From contig CM059432.1 of NCBI GenBank assembly GCA_030390025.1, positions 135,038,001 to 135,102,000 on the forward strand: a DNA stretch of 64,000 nucleotides, given 5' to 3'. This stretch comes from Squalus acanthias. Taxonomy: Eukaryota. Positions 1 through 12,899 of this stretch are shown here, in pieces. Numbering within the stretch: position 1 is the first letter of the stretch; every line of letters starts with the position of its first letter. A program made the position numbers and the translations under genes. Below the pieces are notes generated by a model. That model saw only the letters and a program-made list of their open reading frames with translations. It was not told the origin of the DNA and did not search any database.

Positions 1-103
1 GGTGAAGAAAGGCAATAAGCAGGGACTCCACGGAATGGGAACCGCCTCCCCCCTCCCCAAATTGAAGAAATGCTTGGATTGTAGTGTCACACTTTGAACC
101 ACT

Positions 104-742
104 GGAGCCGATTTTCAACCTTCCCCCCACCCATTGGGTGGAACGTGGTGGTAGTTTGATGGAAAATAGCAGCTCGCCACTTATCGGCCTGTTCCCACTG
201 ATGTCCAGGACACCACCACTTATGTGGGACCTTGAAATGGGTGTTCCATGCACCTGCTGGAAATGGACGGGAGCCTCATTAGCCCATGCAAATCAGGGTC
301 CTTTGATGTGAATGTAATTTTGAAGTACTATTGGGTATGTTGCGTGTGCTGTGCATGCCCTGCCCATTAATACTTGGCATTGAGAGGCTTAACCAGCGGT
401 CCTTAAAGGCCACTCAAGAAAAGGATAAAAACATTTTTTTAAAAACATTTTTTGTTGTGCTAGGAGAAGCTCCTCTTGGCCCCACGTAAATAGCAACCCC
501 ACCGATACCCAACCCTCCGTGCCCCTACCCTGGTATCGCCTCCTCCCCACAACCCATAACTTACTTGCACCAGTGGAATGGTCGGATTCCCCACCTCCTC
601 TGATCGGCACCGGCAGAATACCAATGAGGCCTCACCATGAAAATGATTCTGGCCCCCGACCACTTTCATTGGGCGGGGCAGCATGCTCGTTCCGCCCAAC
701 CCGACCCGACCCGATGGAAGTGGCCTCCTGAAAGTTGACCCC
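104..742. mobile_element. Harbinger-type MITE (diverged)
   Basis: Imperfect TIRs ggagccgattttca / gaaagttgacccc. The GC-rich interior resembles other MITEs in the window. Confidence 0.5.
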
Positions 743-1051
743 ATTTGTGTGTATGTTTTGGAAACTTCCCCTTTTTATAGGAGTTAATTCTTGATGTGAG
801 GAACACTAACAGTTAAGTTCGACGGCTGCTGCGACTGTGTTTTTTTTGAGTAAAGTCTGTCCCTCCACAACCCCCATCTGATCAGCAGTCTATTTTCACA
901 CATAAACCGTGCAAACATAACCACTGTTTCGCAGATGTGAAAATGCCAACAAAAGCTCGCCAAGTGAATGTTAACTTGCATTCAATTAAAACCTCTAATT
1001 GCTTACAAATGCCAAACCCATCATTTTTCTTCAAGTACTTAGCCTTCCTGC

Positions 1052-1148
1052 ATTAGTGACTACACTTCAAAAGCACCATTAGTTGAAAAGCGCTTTGGGA
1101 CGTCCGGAGGTCGTGAAAGGCGCTATATAAATGCAAGTCTTTCTTCTT
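1052..1148 (+). mobile_element. SacSINE1/DeuSINE-like SINE, 3' tail fragment
   Basis: agtgactacacttcaaaag...gtgaaaggcgctatataaatgcaagtcttt tail shared with the full copies in the window. Confidence 0.8.
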
Positions 1149-2394
1149 TCAACAGAAGAGATTTGAACATATATAACTGTACTCTGCGTGATATAACATT
1201 TACACACAAACATGAGTTCACTGTACATAATTGGACTCTTCTGAATATGCTGAACAAGTTGATGACAAAAACGCCCAGGTACTGTTATACTTTTTGGCAT
1301 CACAATGTTCCTCACACGGTGCGGTTTTATTCTGAGGGTGGTGTTTAAACCCCTGCTATTCTGTACAATAGGTACTTTAAAAACAGTATGTGGTATACGT
1401 TCGGACAAAAAAAAATTAAAGTCACGAATGGAGGCCTGGAAATTTCTAATTATAGCTTTGAATAATGTATTTTTGAAATAACTGTCAATCTGCAGAATTG
1501 AGAGCCCCGGCCTCGCAAACCACAAGAAACACTCGGTGCGCAGAACAATGGAAAATAAAAACTCACCTATTTCATAAAAGCATGTCATTTTCTTTACCAC
1601 AGGTGTTACAGCACCATTCAAAGCAGTTACAACCTGAATCTATTTTTATACCTACACAATCACAGAGAATCACCCAGGAGGGGAGTGCCATATATATACT
1701 CGATGCATCGATGAGAGTGGAGTCACTAACTGACAGCCATTGGAGAATTTGTAATAAAATAGGTGAGCTAGATTAACAGAGTCCCAGCATCCACGTAACA
1801 GCAAGCCAGTATCATGGAATCATTTTCCTAACTTTGATGCCAATTTCCTTTTTTAGAATTCAAAATAAATGGAGACACTACATTACAATAGGCTGTGGTC
1901 TATTAAGACTCTATTTTTTTTTAACTCAGCACTTCAAGAGATATCTGAACCAGTACAGAATTACAACATAATGTTCATGAGTTATTTCTTAATCAGATCC
2001 TGCAGACTAAATTCAATTTTGCTATTGATTGTACAATCGATATTATTTTAACAGCTGCACTAACAGGCTGAATGTTAGATAAAGTATCATTGCAGAGATC
2101 AAAAAAATATATACAAGACATTTAATTTATAGTAATTATGCTGTTATTGTCCATTAGCTCATGACTGAATTAAACCTACAAGTAATATTTGAAAGGTTTC
2201 ATTCTAAATGGCAGAGGCCCTGGCAGTTTGATGGTTAATTTGTCTCGATGAAATTCATTCAATGCTGGCCTTTATTTTACGTTGCCTTTAAGAAACTTTA
2301 ATATCTAGTTAGCGTTTATTCTGATCTTGCAAATGCTTAAACGCACTACATTTCGCATTCTAAACTGCTAAGTTTCTGCCCTAGCCCTGAACTT

Positions 2395-2575
2395 GCATAT
2401 CTCTCCAGTTTCTCTCCGCTCTCCCCTCATGCTCTCTCCGCCAAACTTTTGGTCATCTGTCCTAATTTCTCCTTACGTGGCTCGGTGTCAAATTTTGTTT
2501 TATGACACTACTGTGAAGCGCCTTGGGACGTTTTACTACTTTAAAGGCGCTATATAAATGCAGGTTTTTGTTGTT
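2395..2575 (+). mobile_element. L2 LINE 3' end fragment
   Basis: Tail ctgtgaagcgccttgggacgttttactac..aaaggcgctatataaatgca followed by (gtt)n. Confidence 0.7.
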
Positions 2576-2960
2576 CATGTATTTCTTCTGAACGTTAATG
2601 CTTGCCTCTACAAATTCAGATCTTAAGACAATGACTTCAGGTGTTTCAAATGTGGTGAGTTAGGCCGCAAGGCTGGTCTCTTAGAAATTCTGCGATGCAA
2701 TCTGGGTGTATACTCCTCCAACTCTGGCCTCTTGCGCATCCCCTAATTTAATCGATCCACCATTGGTGGCCGTGCTTTCAGCTGCCTAGGCCCTAAACTT
2801 TGGAATTCCCTCCCTAAACCTCTCCTCTCTGTCTCGCTACTTCTCTCTCCTCCTTTAAGACACTCCTTAAAACCTACCTCGTTGACCAAACTTTTGGTCA
2901 TCTGTCCTAATATCTCCTTATATGGCTTGGTGTCAAATTTTGGTCGATAATGCTCCTGTT

Positions 2961-4866
2961 ACATAGGATATACGGCACAGAAACAGGCCATTTGGCCCAA
3001 CCAGTCCATGCCGGTGTTTATGCTCCACTCGAGCCTCCTCCCATCTTTCCTCATCTAAATCTATCAGCATAACCCTCTATTCCCTTCTCCCTCATATGCT
3101 TATCTAGCCTCTCCTTAAATGCATCTATACTTTTCAGAATAAAGGGTCGCCCTTTTAGAACTGAGATAAGGAGGAATTTCTTCTCTCAGAGGGTCGTAAA
3201 TCTGTGGAATTCTCTGCCCCAGAGAGCCGTGGAGGCTGGGTCATTAAATACATTTAAGGTGGCGATAGACAGATTTTTGCAAGATAAGGGAGTGAAGGGT
3301 TATAGGGAGCGGGCAGGGAAGTGGCTTTGAGCCCAAGATCAGCCATGATCTTATTGAATGGCGGAGCAGACTTGAGGGGCCAAGTGGCCTATTCCTGCTC
3401 CTATTTCTTATGTTCTTATACTATTTGCTTCAACCACTCCCTGTGGTAGTGAGTTCCACATTCTCACCACTCTCTGGGTAAAGAAGTTTATTCTGAATTC
3501 CCTATTGGATTTCTTGGTGACTATCTTATATTGATAGCCTCTAGTTTTGCTCTTCCCCACAAGTGGAAACACTCTCTCTGTGTCTACCCTATCAAAACCT
3601 TTCATAATTTTAAAGACCTCTATTAGGTCACCCCTCAGCCTTCTCTTTTCAAGAGAAAAGAGACCCTGCCAGTGCCTCTATATCCTTTTTATAATATGGC
3701 GTCCAGAATTGTACGCAGTACTCCAAGTGTGGTCTGACCAAGGTTCGATACAAGTTTAGCATAACTTCTCTCCTTTTCAATTCTATCCCTCTAGAAATAA
3801 ATCCTAGTGCTTGGTTTGCTTTTTTTTAATGGCCTTATTAACCTGCGTTACTACTTTCAGTGATTTGTGTATTTGTACTCTGAGATCTCTTTGCTCTTTT
3901 AACCCATTTAGATTCGTATTTTCCAAGTAATAATTGACCTCCTTATTTTTCTTACCAAAATGTAATACCTCACATTTATCAGTGTTGAAATTCATTTGCC
4001 AATTATAAGCCCATTCTGCAAATTTATTAATGCCTTCTTGTAATTCGTTGCAGTCCTCCTCAGTATTGACTATCCCCCCAATTTGGTGTCATCCGCAAAT
4101 TTAGAAATTGTGTTTTTGATTCCTAAATCTAAATCGTTAATATACATTGTGAACAACATTGGTCCCAGCACTGGTCCTTGTGGGACCCCACTTTCCACCT
4201 TCTGCCAGTCTGAATAGCTTCCCTTAACCCCTACTCTCCGCTTTCTGTCTTGAAGCCAGCTAGCTATCTATTCTGCTATTTGTCCTCTGACTCCGCATTC
4301 TCTGACCTTATTCATTAATCTATTATGTGGTAGCTTATCAAAGGCCTTTTAGAAATCTAGATAAATTACATCTATTACATTACCCTTGTCTACTCTCTCT
4401 GTTACCTCTTCAAAGAATTCAATGAGGTTGGTCAAGCAAGAATTTCCCTTTTGAAATCCATGCTGACTATTCGTTATTATATTTTTGGTTTCTAGATGTT
4501 CTTCTATTTTTTCCTTTAGTAGGGATTCCATTATATTTCCTACTACCGATGTTAAGTTGACTGGTCTATAGTTCCCTGGACATGTTCAGTCCTCCAGCAC
4601 TACACCTTTTTCTAACGAATTATTAAATATGTGTAATAGTGCTTCTGCTATCTCTTCTCTAGTTTCTTTTAAAATGCACGGATGTAATCCGTCTGGACCA
4701 GGGGCTTTAGCTTCTTTGAGTTTGATTAGTTTAATTAATATTTCTCCTCTTTTTATTTTAAATGCGGTTACATAATTTTCAATTTCATCTTCCAATGTCA
4801 TGTCCACCTGATTTGTCTCCCTGGTAAATACGGAAGCAAAGTAATTATTCAATATTTCTGCCATTT
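2961..4866 (-). mobile_element. CR1 LINE, 5'-truncated, degenerate RT
   Basis: ORF fragments [61 protein letters not shown] and FFTQRVVRMWNSLP, interrupted by stops and frameshifts. Confidence 0.92.
3132..3416 (+). mobile_element. CR1 3' end nested antisense in the previous CR1
   Basis: RRNFFSQRVVNLWNSLP-coding segment, 3'UTR and atttcttatgttct tail, flanked by a tatact direct repeat. Confidence 0.85.
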
Positions 4867-5818
4867 CACCTTGGGACGTTTTACTATGTTAACAGTGCTA
4901 TATAAATGCAAGTTGTTGTTGAGCTCCTAAAGGATGAGACAGCCAGTTATGTGGTGACTGCCAATATAGATAGTTTACCTCCTTACCGCCAGTCCCAGTG
5001 ATTGGGTCACAAGTTATGGGAGCTGACTCGCACTGCCCTATATCTACTTGTATGATGGAGTAACCCAGCGGAGTAACAATACTCAGCCGTGACCTGAACT
5101 AGATATTCATGCCTTTCGCACGTATACTTTCTTCAATCCCTCCAAAGGTGAACCCAGGAAACAATTGGTGAGTCAAGGCTCGATATGAATCATTATTTCG
5201 CAACGGGTAAACAAACAGCAGAAGTTATGATCAGATTAACTTAGGTCAATCAGTACAACTTATCTTCACATAATGATATAAAAATAAACATACCACACAT
5301 CCCCACATCAGTGGGTCATCTTACTTGACTTAAACAAGATATCTAATAACCATCCTTCAACACCGCAAACGTCTCAGCTTTCCCTTTAACAAATCTTGCA
5401 GCCTTTTCATTTCAAAGGCCTGTTTATTGAGTCATGTGTCTCTCTTTTTCCTCTCCTTTGCACAGGCAGAGATCAAAGGTTTTCCAATGCAACGGGTGTG
5501 AGGTTTTCTTCAAAAATGCTCAAAACAATCCTGAAACATGCTAGTTGCAAAGTAATTTTCTTAATGTTGACTAATTGACTCTAACAAATCACAGCTCTGG
5601 TCCAAAAATATCAATCCCAAGCCCAAGCTTTTGGGAGAGGTTGAGGCCTTCAATGAACAAATTTAATCATGTTATGAAATTTTTTTAATTTTTCATGTCC
5701 TTATTGTAAAACTTTATTTTGGACATTAAAATGTCAGTTACTAAAAGAAACAAATACCTGAATGAGTGCTTCAATTGGTTCACCTAAATTCTCCTGACTC
5801 AACATTCTGAATTGATTG

Positions 5819-5904
5819 GTCATCGACCTGAAACGTTAACTCTGTTTCTCTCTCCACGGATGCTGCCTGGCCTGCTGAGTTTTTCCAGCGTTTTCTGTTG
5901 TTAT
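5819..5904 (+). mobile_element. PLE-type family B fragment (partial hammerhead arm)
   Basis: Nearly identical to 35950-36037. 14-bp TSD ttctgaattgattg at 5805-5818 and 5905-5918. Confidence 0.8.
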
Positions 5905-6574
5905 TTCTGAATTGATTGTTTTCCTAAGTCCTTAGTAGTTTTTCATTGGCAATTTTCCAGCTGCTTTCCTTGCTTTTGATCCATACAATCCTTACTTCTT
6001 CCCACTCCCACCCCCCTCCCTATTTGGGTAAGTAAAAATATTTGTTTAAAAAAAAGTCTAAATCAGAAAACCTCAGTACTGAAAGACTACAAAGCCACAG
6101 ACGTGGAATGGCCCAAACTCAAAGATCTCTAGGCCAGCATCTGGGATGGGAAAGGATGCCAGGCAATGTTAACTTCTTATGCAGCCAATTACTGACAGGT
6201 ATTGCAGATGTCATCAGCTGATCAACTCTTTTCCGAGCGTGGAGATAAGATTGATCTCTATAAAAGGAGGGAAAACTATGCTAAAATTCTGAACACCTGT
6301 GACAAACAGTTTTTAAAAAAAAAAAACAGGCATGTTGCTTACTTACCACAAAATGGATTAGCACTTCACATTATTAGTGTCCCTCTATGCTTACCTTCTC
6401 CTTTTACTGTTACACCACAGGGGGCCATTAAAGAAAATCAGTAATATGGGAAGAGGTGACTACTCATCAAGGGTGAGTGTGAGGAAAGCACACAGCTACT
6501 GAGTCATCTTTGAGGCCTTTCGAAAGGCCCCAATTCTTCCCTAAGCCTAAGGTAATCAATACCCAGGATCGATT

Positions 6575-6845
6575 AGAAACATAGAAACATAGAATCTAGG
6601 AGCAGGAGTAGGCCATTCGGCCCGTCGAGCCTGCTCCACCATTCAATACGATCATGGCTGATCATCCAAATCCAATACCCTGTCCCTGCTTTAATCCCCA
6701 CAGTGCACATATCCCACCCTACCCCCGTAACCCCACGTATTTAATTCCCCCTAACATATCCCATCCTATCCCCATAACCCCACATATTTAATCCCTCCCT
6801 AACACTAAGGGTCAATTTATCATAGCCAAATCAACCTAACCCGCG
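6575..6845 (-). mobile_element. CR1-type 3' tail joined to an HE1/V-SINE-like core fragment, with an internal ~48-bp tandem duplication
   Basis: (catagaaa)n tail and gtaggccattcggccc..cctgctccaccattcaat. The segment cactaagggtcaatttatcatagccaaatcaacctaacc resembles the reverse HE1 core. Confidence 0.55.
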
Positions 6846-7298
6846 AGGCATGCAAAGGAGCAATTTTACTTGCTGATGCTGTGTGATATCTACACATCAA
6901 TAAGACTATAAAGTACATAACTAACAGCTGTGGAATAGAACCACCATAGAGGTTAACAGTTTTCTTCAGTGTTTAGGTTTGTTGAACAAAATGTGACTCA
7001 TACATGAACAATGTAAATATACTGAATGGTTTTATTTATTTTACGAATAAAGATCTACATTAGGTGAACGTATTTGTTGTTGCATGACTAGCCAGTCCCA
7101 ACTTCATTGCGTCTCTTGAATGAATCAAAAATCACAGCATGAGAAAGTTGGTGAGTCTTTGTCTTTCATAAAATGAACTAAACAGATGCTTTATCCTCAC
7201 TCTTCTATGTGTTTTTGTCTGCAGGTCCGAGTCCCTCGCTTTTGTTCCTAATTAATCCATCTACCTCAGCCAGGCAGGCAACCGACCCCTTGGTCTTT

Positions 7299-7765
7299 AA
7301 AAGACTTGCATTTCTATAGCACCTTTCACGATCACCAGACGTCCCAAAACGCTTTACAGCCAATGAAGTACTTTTGAAGTGTCGTCTCTGTTGTAATGTA
7401 GGAAACGCGGCAGCCAATTTGCGCACAGCAAGCTCCCACAAACAGCAATGCAATAATGACCAGATAATCTGTTTTTTTTAGTGATGTTAATTGAGGGATA
7501 AATATTGGCCAGGACACCGGGGAGAACTCCCCTGCTCTTCTTCGAAATAGTACCATGGGATCTTTTACGTCCACCTGAGAGAGCAGACAAGGCCTCGGTT
7601 TAACGTCTCATCCGAAATACGGCACCTCCGACAGTGCAGCACTCCCTCAGCACTGCACTGGGAGTGTCAGCCTAGATTTTTGTGCTCAAGTCTCTGGAGT
7701 GGGACTTGAACCCACAACCTTGTGACTCAGAGGCGAGGGTGCTACCCACTGAGCCAGGGCTGACA
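7299..7765 (-). mobile_element. Full-length tRNA-derived SacSINE1/DeuSINE-like SINE
   Basis: Minus strand has A box tggctcagtggg, B box ggttcaagtcc, Deu-like core gagggagtgctgcactgtcggaggtgcc and an L2-like tail. Confidence 0.9.
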
Positions 7766-9887
7766 CATTTGCCAATGACACAGTAAACCTGCCGTAGGTG
7801 GTGTTTGACAACTTCACAGCACTTAGAGAGAGCTTTCAACCACATCTGTGCACTCTGAGAATGTGCAGTTTGCAGAATTTCCCAGCATGCAAGCTGGGCA
7901 TCATTAGGCGTTAAATAGAGAAAGGTGTGTTTCCTCAACCTGTGAGGTGTTTCCTTACTTTTTCCCAACGATTTCAAAACAAACTAGAGATTAATTGTCA
8001 AAGTTTTATGTGAGGCAAGCTTAGCATTTGTTTAAATGTATTAACAACAGACAACACCTGCTAACAGCAGGACTTGTGAACAGGAACACCTGCGATCATG
8101 GTTTATTTACTGGCTGTGAGAAAAGAAAACAAAGAGATTTGTTTGTAGAGAAAATTATTGTTTATTGCTGTCCAAGGTAGTGAATGGATGGACTAAAAGA
8201 AAGTGTTATCTAGTCCACTAATAGCGACAATGTGGTGTGTTTTAATTATTTTCTTTGTTACGAGGAGCGATTGAAATTAAGTTAGAGGATAGTGAAATTC
8301 TCTGTAATGGTTGTTATCTATGGTTACTCACTGACTATAAAATAAAGCAGCTCAAAGATTTGTTTCTGGCCTCATTTTGTTATAGCCTCTGCTTTTCAGG
8401 AAGTTGGAAAAGCATATGAGGGCACTTGCAAGTTTACAATATCCTGTTCGTATAACAAGGGGGGTGGGGGGGGGTCTCATTGTAAAGGTAAAGTCCTGAT
8501 CGTAATAGACGCAGAATCCATTTACAGGAGAGTCCAATGATGTTGAACATGAGACGATGTCGAGGAGAGACTCCCAAAATTTGTAACAGGTGCCATACAG
8601 CATGATACAAGTGTGGGAGGGACAGACCTAACTGATGCTGTTTATTGTTGAGAAAGTACAGAAAGGTGTCAAAATATTTGACTGGAGTTCCTACGTAAAC
8701 CAGAGCCTTCTCACGGTCTAATGCATGAACTAACAACTTTGCTTCAGCAAACAATGACACCGGGAAAGAATTCAACAGGCAGGAGTTGCTGTACTTTTAA
8801 CCTTTGCTGTTGATACTGTGTGTGGACCTTTTGGAATGAAATAAGGCGAGGTGCAGCTGCAGCAGTTTTGTATTTCTAAAATAAATATGTCCTGGCATAA
8901 TCACGGAGTTCTAGTTAAAGCATTGGTTACTGTTGCAACGCTGTTTTATTTTCGGTAATAATGTCCATAACAGCAATGTCTATTTGTTATAAGCATAAAT
9001 AAACTTTATCTACAGTAGCCTATCTTTAGAATAATCTCTGCTATACTGTGACCCCTGACACAAGATCCTTTTGGCTTCCACACTATTAAAGAAATCATAT
9101 AAAACAAAAAAGTTATAATGCTCCCAAAAGACAGAATTACAGAAAAGGGGCCATTTTTTGAGTACAACGTGTGCTCAATAAGCATAATTGCAAGCAGCTT
9201 GGTGAAGCAGGGCTGTGGAAAAGTGGTACTAGTTTCAAACCACTGTCCTTGCTGAATTTGTATCTCAGTTGAGACAATGTGAAGTTAGGCGTCTCTCCAT
9301 AGGGAGCGAAGGAAATTAGAAGATGTGTTACTCCTGGGATATTATTGTTGACTAGCTTGGAGCAGCACTAGTGGGAGCGGAGGAGAAGGTCATTCAACCT
9401 CTTGCTGCCTCAGCTAGGGGGTTAAGCATGAGACCCAAAGGGAGAAGATAATTGGAGGATAAGATACGATTTAAAAGAAAGGCTAAACTTTAGATTAACA
9501 TATATGACTTTTAGAAAGATAAAAGTTTGAAATTTAAAGCTACAGTGCCCACAAGATTAAACTCTGCAATTTTTAAGCTCAAGTTAAAAGGTTGTTTCAA
9601 ATGATCAAAACTGCACAAAATATTGAAACGTCTGCTTAGAGGCAGAGAAAATAACGAGTGACATAAGGTAGGAGGGTACAGTATAACAGTCATTACCATC
9701 TCTCATGGTGCTCATTATAAACTCAAGCTGAGCCAGCTATTACTACACCAAGCCAAACACAATAATATTATCACTGTCATTACCAATTGGAATGCCCTTA
9801 TTCTTATTTATTTGTTGCAGTGGTACAGTTTCTGCACTTTGCTAGCAGGCGAACTTGTTTGTACTTTCTGTGCTTAAACAGATGGTG

Positions 9888-9909
9888 CAGTGTGTGTGTG
9901 TGTGTGTGT
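9888..9909. repeat. (TG)n microsatellite
   Basis: Direct inspection, about 10 units. Confidence 0.85.
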
Positions 9910-11002
9910 TTTTGCACATTACCAGTGCTCCAGCAGCAATCTATTTTAAATCCTTCGTGGTTTATTGTTGAGTTGCTGGGTGTCTCATACACCTGGGCTA
10001 ATGTGTTGGTCTCTGATTGGTGGAATTCTGTCGTAGTATAAATCACCTGATATGTGACAATTGTTTGACTGGCATGTTGGCTTTGGCTGAATAAAGACGG
10101 GTCTTTGAACATTTTATTGACGCCCACATAACTTGACAATAGACTTTACACAGAGGTGCTTATATTGTTGTTGATGATATCAGAGATGCATGCATTGCTG
10201 CTTCAGGAACTGCACCAGGAAATAGCAGGTTTCCTTCACAAACATAAAACACAATTGATGCTAGATTAGAGCGTAAACAGTACCACCCTAAGAACAGGGG
10301 AAGTGATAATAACCGAAATGGGCCGTGTGGTCAAAAATATAAAGACAATATACAGAATGTTAAAAGTAAGCGATTCGGACTTGCAATAGTAAGCTAGCTC
10401 TGAAGTGTATGTTCTTAATCATGTAGGGAATATAAAAAACATTCTCAGAAACCTCAGTTCGTAAGCAAAGCTTCTTTGACGTTAGCCTCCGCGCAGTATT
10501 TATGAGGTTAAGAAATGTTTGAGAAATGAGGCATTACATAGCTCATACTTGCCAATAATGACAGTTTTTTTTTGACAATCCTTGTTTCCTCTCTTGATTT
10601 CGCTCCGATATGGGCTCTGTTTTAAGGGAAATACTTTTATTGGCTTTTGGCAGTTTTATTTTGAATAACTATTCATTGCTGTGCCAATTATTTTCCCCGT
10701 CACAATCCTTCCCGACTTGCGCCCACCCCTTCTCTCACACGCACGTCCAGCTGGCTACGCTACCCCCACCAAAGGCATGGCAAATCAAGAGAGGTCGGGA
10801 TTAATGAAAACTTCCTATTCGGTGGATATTGCTCCGTCTGAAACTTGCAGATGTGCAGCACCCACAAGTGCAGATGCAGGTTCGTGGCAATGAATTAACA
10901 TGCCAGCTCAGATGGCTCATGCTTCTGTTTTGGCAACCTGTCATAGCATTTCAGTGGGGTTTACTTTACATATTGTTCACCCTGGTAGTGTTCAATGAAT
11001 CA

Positions 11003-11287
11003 AAGAATCACAGAATAATACAGCGCAGAAGGAGGCCGTTCGGCCCATCGTGCCTGTGCCGGCTCTTTGAAAGAGTTCTCCAATTAGTCCCACTCCCCCT
11101 ACCCTTTCCCCATAGCTCTGCAATTTTTTTCCCCTTCATGTATTTATCCAATTCCCTTTTCAAAGTTACTATTGAATCTGCTTCCGCCACCCTTTCAGGC
11201 GGCGCATTCCAGATCAAAACCACTCGCTGTGGGGAAAAAAAGTTCTCCTCCTCTCGCCTCTGGTTCTTTTGCCAATTACCTTAAATC
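11003..11287 (-). mobile_element. CR1 3' end
   Basis: IWNAPPERVAEADSIVTLKRELDKYMK peptide and CR1 3'UTR. Confidence 0.85.
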
Positions 11288-12899
11288 TTTTACCTGAAAG
11301 TGCAGAAACTTTCAAGAGAAACAATTTAAGGTAAGTCCCATTACGACCATCCCAATCACAGCCAGAACAGAAATGGAAGGTGGCCAGTGGGCATATTTTC
11401 TCACCCTCCTGTTGGGAGAACCAATTTGCAGTATAAATAGACTGGTTTCCACAAAGTTAGTGCCTCTAAATGTAACTGAGAATAAAGAGAGCCACAGATA
11501 ACATTTTATAAAGGAATTATCACTTACAGTAAAACAGTTCTGTTACAGCTAAGCGACTGTTAGCACAAATGCCTAATTTAATGCTGTATTTAAGTAAAAT
11601 CTCCTTTAAAACTTTACACAGGAAAGAAAAAAGCTTTATATAGGATTAAATCAGGATTAATCAAGTTATTAAATTATTGAATCCACATGTCAAAAGGTAG
11701 CCAAAATCTGGTTTGATGAGTTAAGACAGTAGAAACCAAGCAGCTGCTCAGTGCTGAAAGATCCCTTCATCTGAGCAGGAGTTAATGCCCCTAAAACTGA
11801 GCTATAACATGGATGTTCAACAGCTTTTTTGCCTCCCCGGTGCTCACAGATTTGCTGCTGGGGGCTGTATAGATCTGTGGATACATTGTTTACGATCAAA
11901 GCTACATGTGATACCCAAGGATTTCTTTCTGTGCTTTCTTAGTCTGCTACTTAGACTGCTCACGGTGCTTATGCTGATATATAAACAATATCTCCAATTC
12001 TTCCCCAGTGTGCGGGCAAATGCTCGCCTGGATCCAAAATCAATATTTGCCTTCAAGATCACACACAAATTACACATGTACAACTCACTCAGATATCTCA
12101 TGCAAAGGCTCGCTTAATGAGATAGCGAACGCTGTAAAAAAAATATGCAATTCATCCTAGACACGGGGCAAAAAGGAACAAGTGTTCAATTTTTACTGTT
12201 GAGGGGTGGCGGGGAGGAAAATTCAGGAAAGAAACGTCTTTGGACAAAGCAGCTGAATTGACAGAAGAGGAAGCTTTAAAGAAAATCGGAGGAGGAATGT
12301 GACATGAATCTTGTCATTCATGTATGAAGTAATACTGGGTGGCCTGCTGGTGGCGCTGTCCAGGGAGAGTATAAATACTCGGGCATGGGCCCAGCTTACT
12401 TAGGACATTCCTCAACAGGAACTAGTGAAGGACACAACTAGATCTCCATGTTGAAAAACAGTTGATTAAAGCTTTGTTTAACGCTTAGACCAAGTGCCTA
12501 GTAGTTTTCTTACATCAGAATGCACTGTATTGGTTTCCCAAATGGTGTACCATAGACTGTTGAGACGTGGGCTCACCAATGTATTGCCCTGTATAATGAG
12601 TTACCAAACTTGACTGTGTCATCGGGGTTTAAGCACCTCCAAGTATCCCATAAACAGAGTAGAATGGGAAACGGACTGGCATTGAATTGATAATCTTTCC
12701 TTTAAAGTTGATGCAGAAACATAAAACTTTATACACGATTAAAGTAGTTTCAATCAATGTCCTCCCTCACCCAGCGCTTGGCTAAGAGAAAGCAAAAATG
12801 TTGGAAGAAAATATAAATAAAATGGATGAATGGCGGAGCAGGCTCGAGAATCATTCCGAATAAATAAGCCCATCTTTGCTTATTTATTCGGAATGATCC

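Larger units (their letters stand above)
2713..4920 (+). mobile_element. L2 LINE 3' end (2713-2960 and 4868-4920), split by a CR1 insertion
   Basis: L2 ORF2 C-terminus and 3'UTR stop at ...tgctcctgt and resume at ccttgggacgttttac...gttgttgtt. Confidence 0.75.

Noticed and set aside
1079..1621. 180-aa minus-strand ORF, or a minus-strand exon at 1567-1633
   Set aside because: Runs into SINE sequence, the peptide is unrecognisable, and no partner exons were established.
2625..2680. Zinc knuckle (FRCFKCGELGRKA)
   Set aside because: Isolated, lacks the complete CCHC pattern and has no surrounding ORF; at most a tiny retroelement remnant.
7690..7765. tRNA gene
   Set aside because: It is the tRNA-derived head of a SINE and runs directly into the SINE core.
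8434..8775. 113-aa ORF
   Set aside because: No recognisable domain, non-ATG start and no clear splice context.
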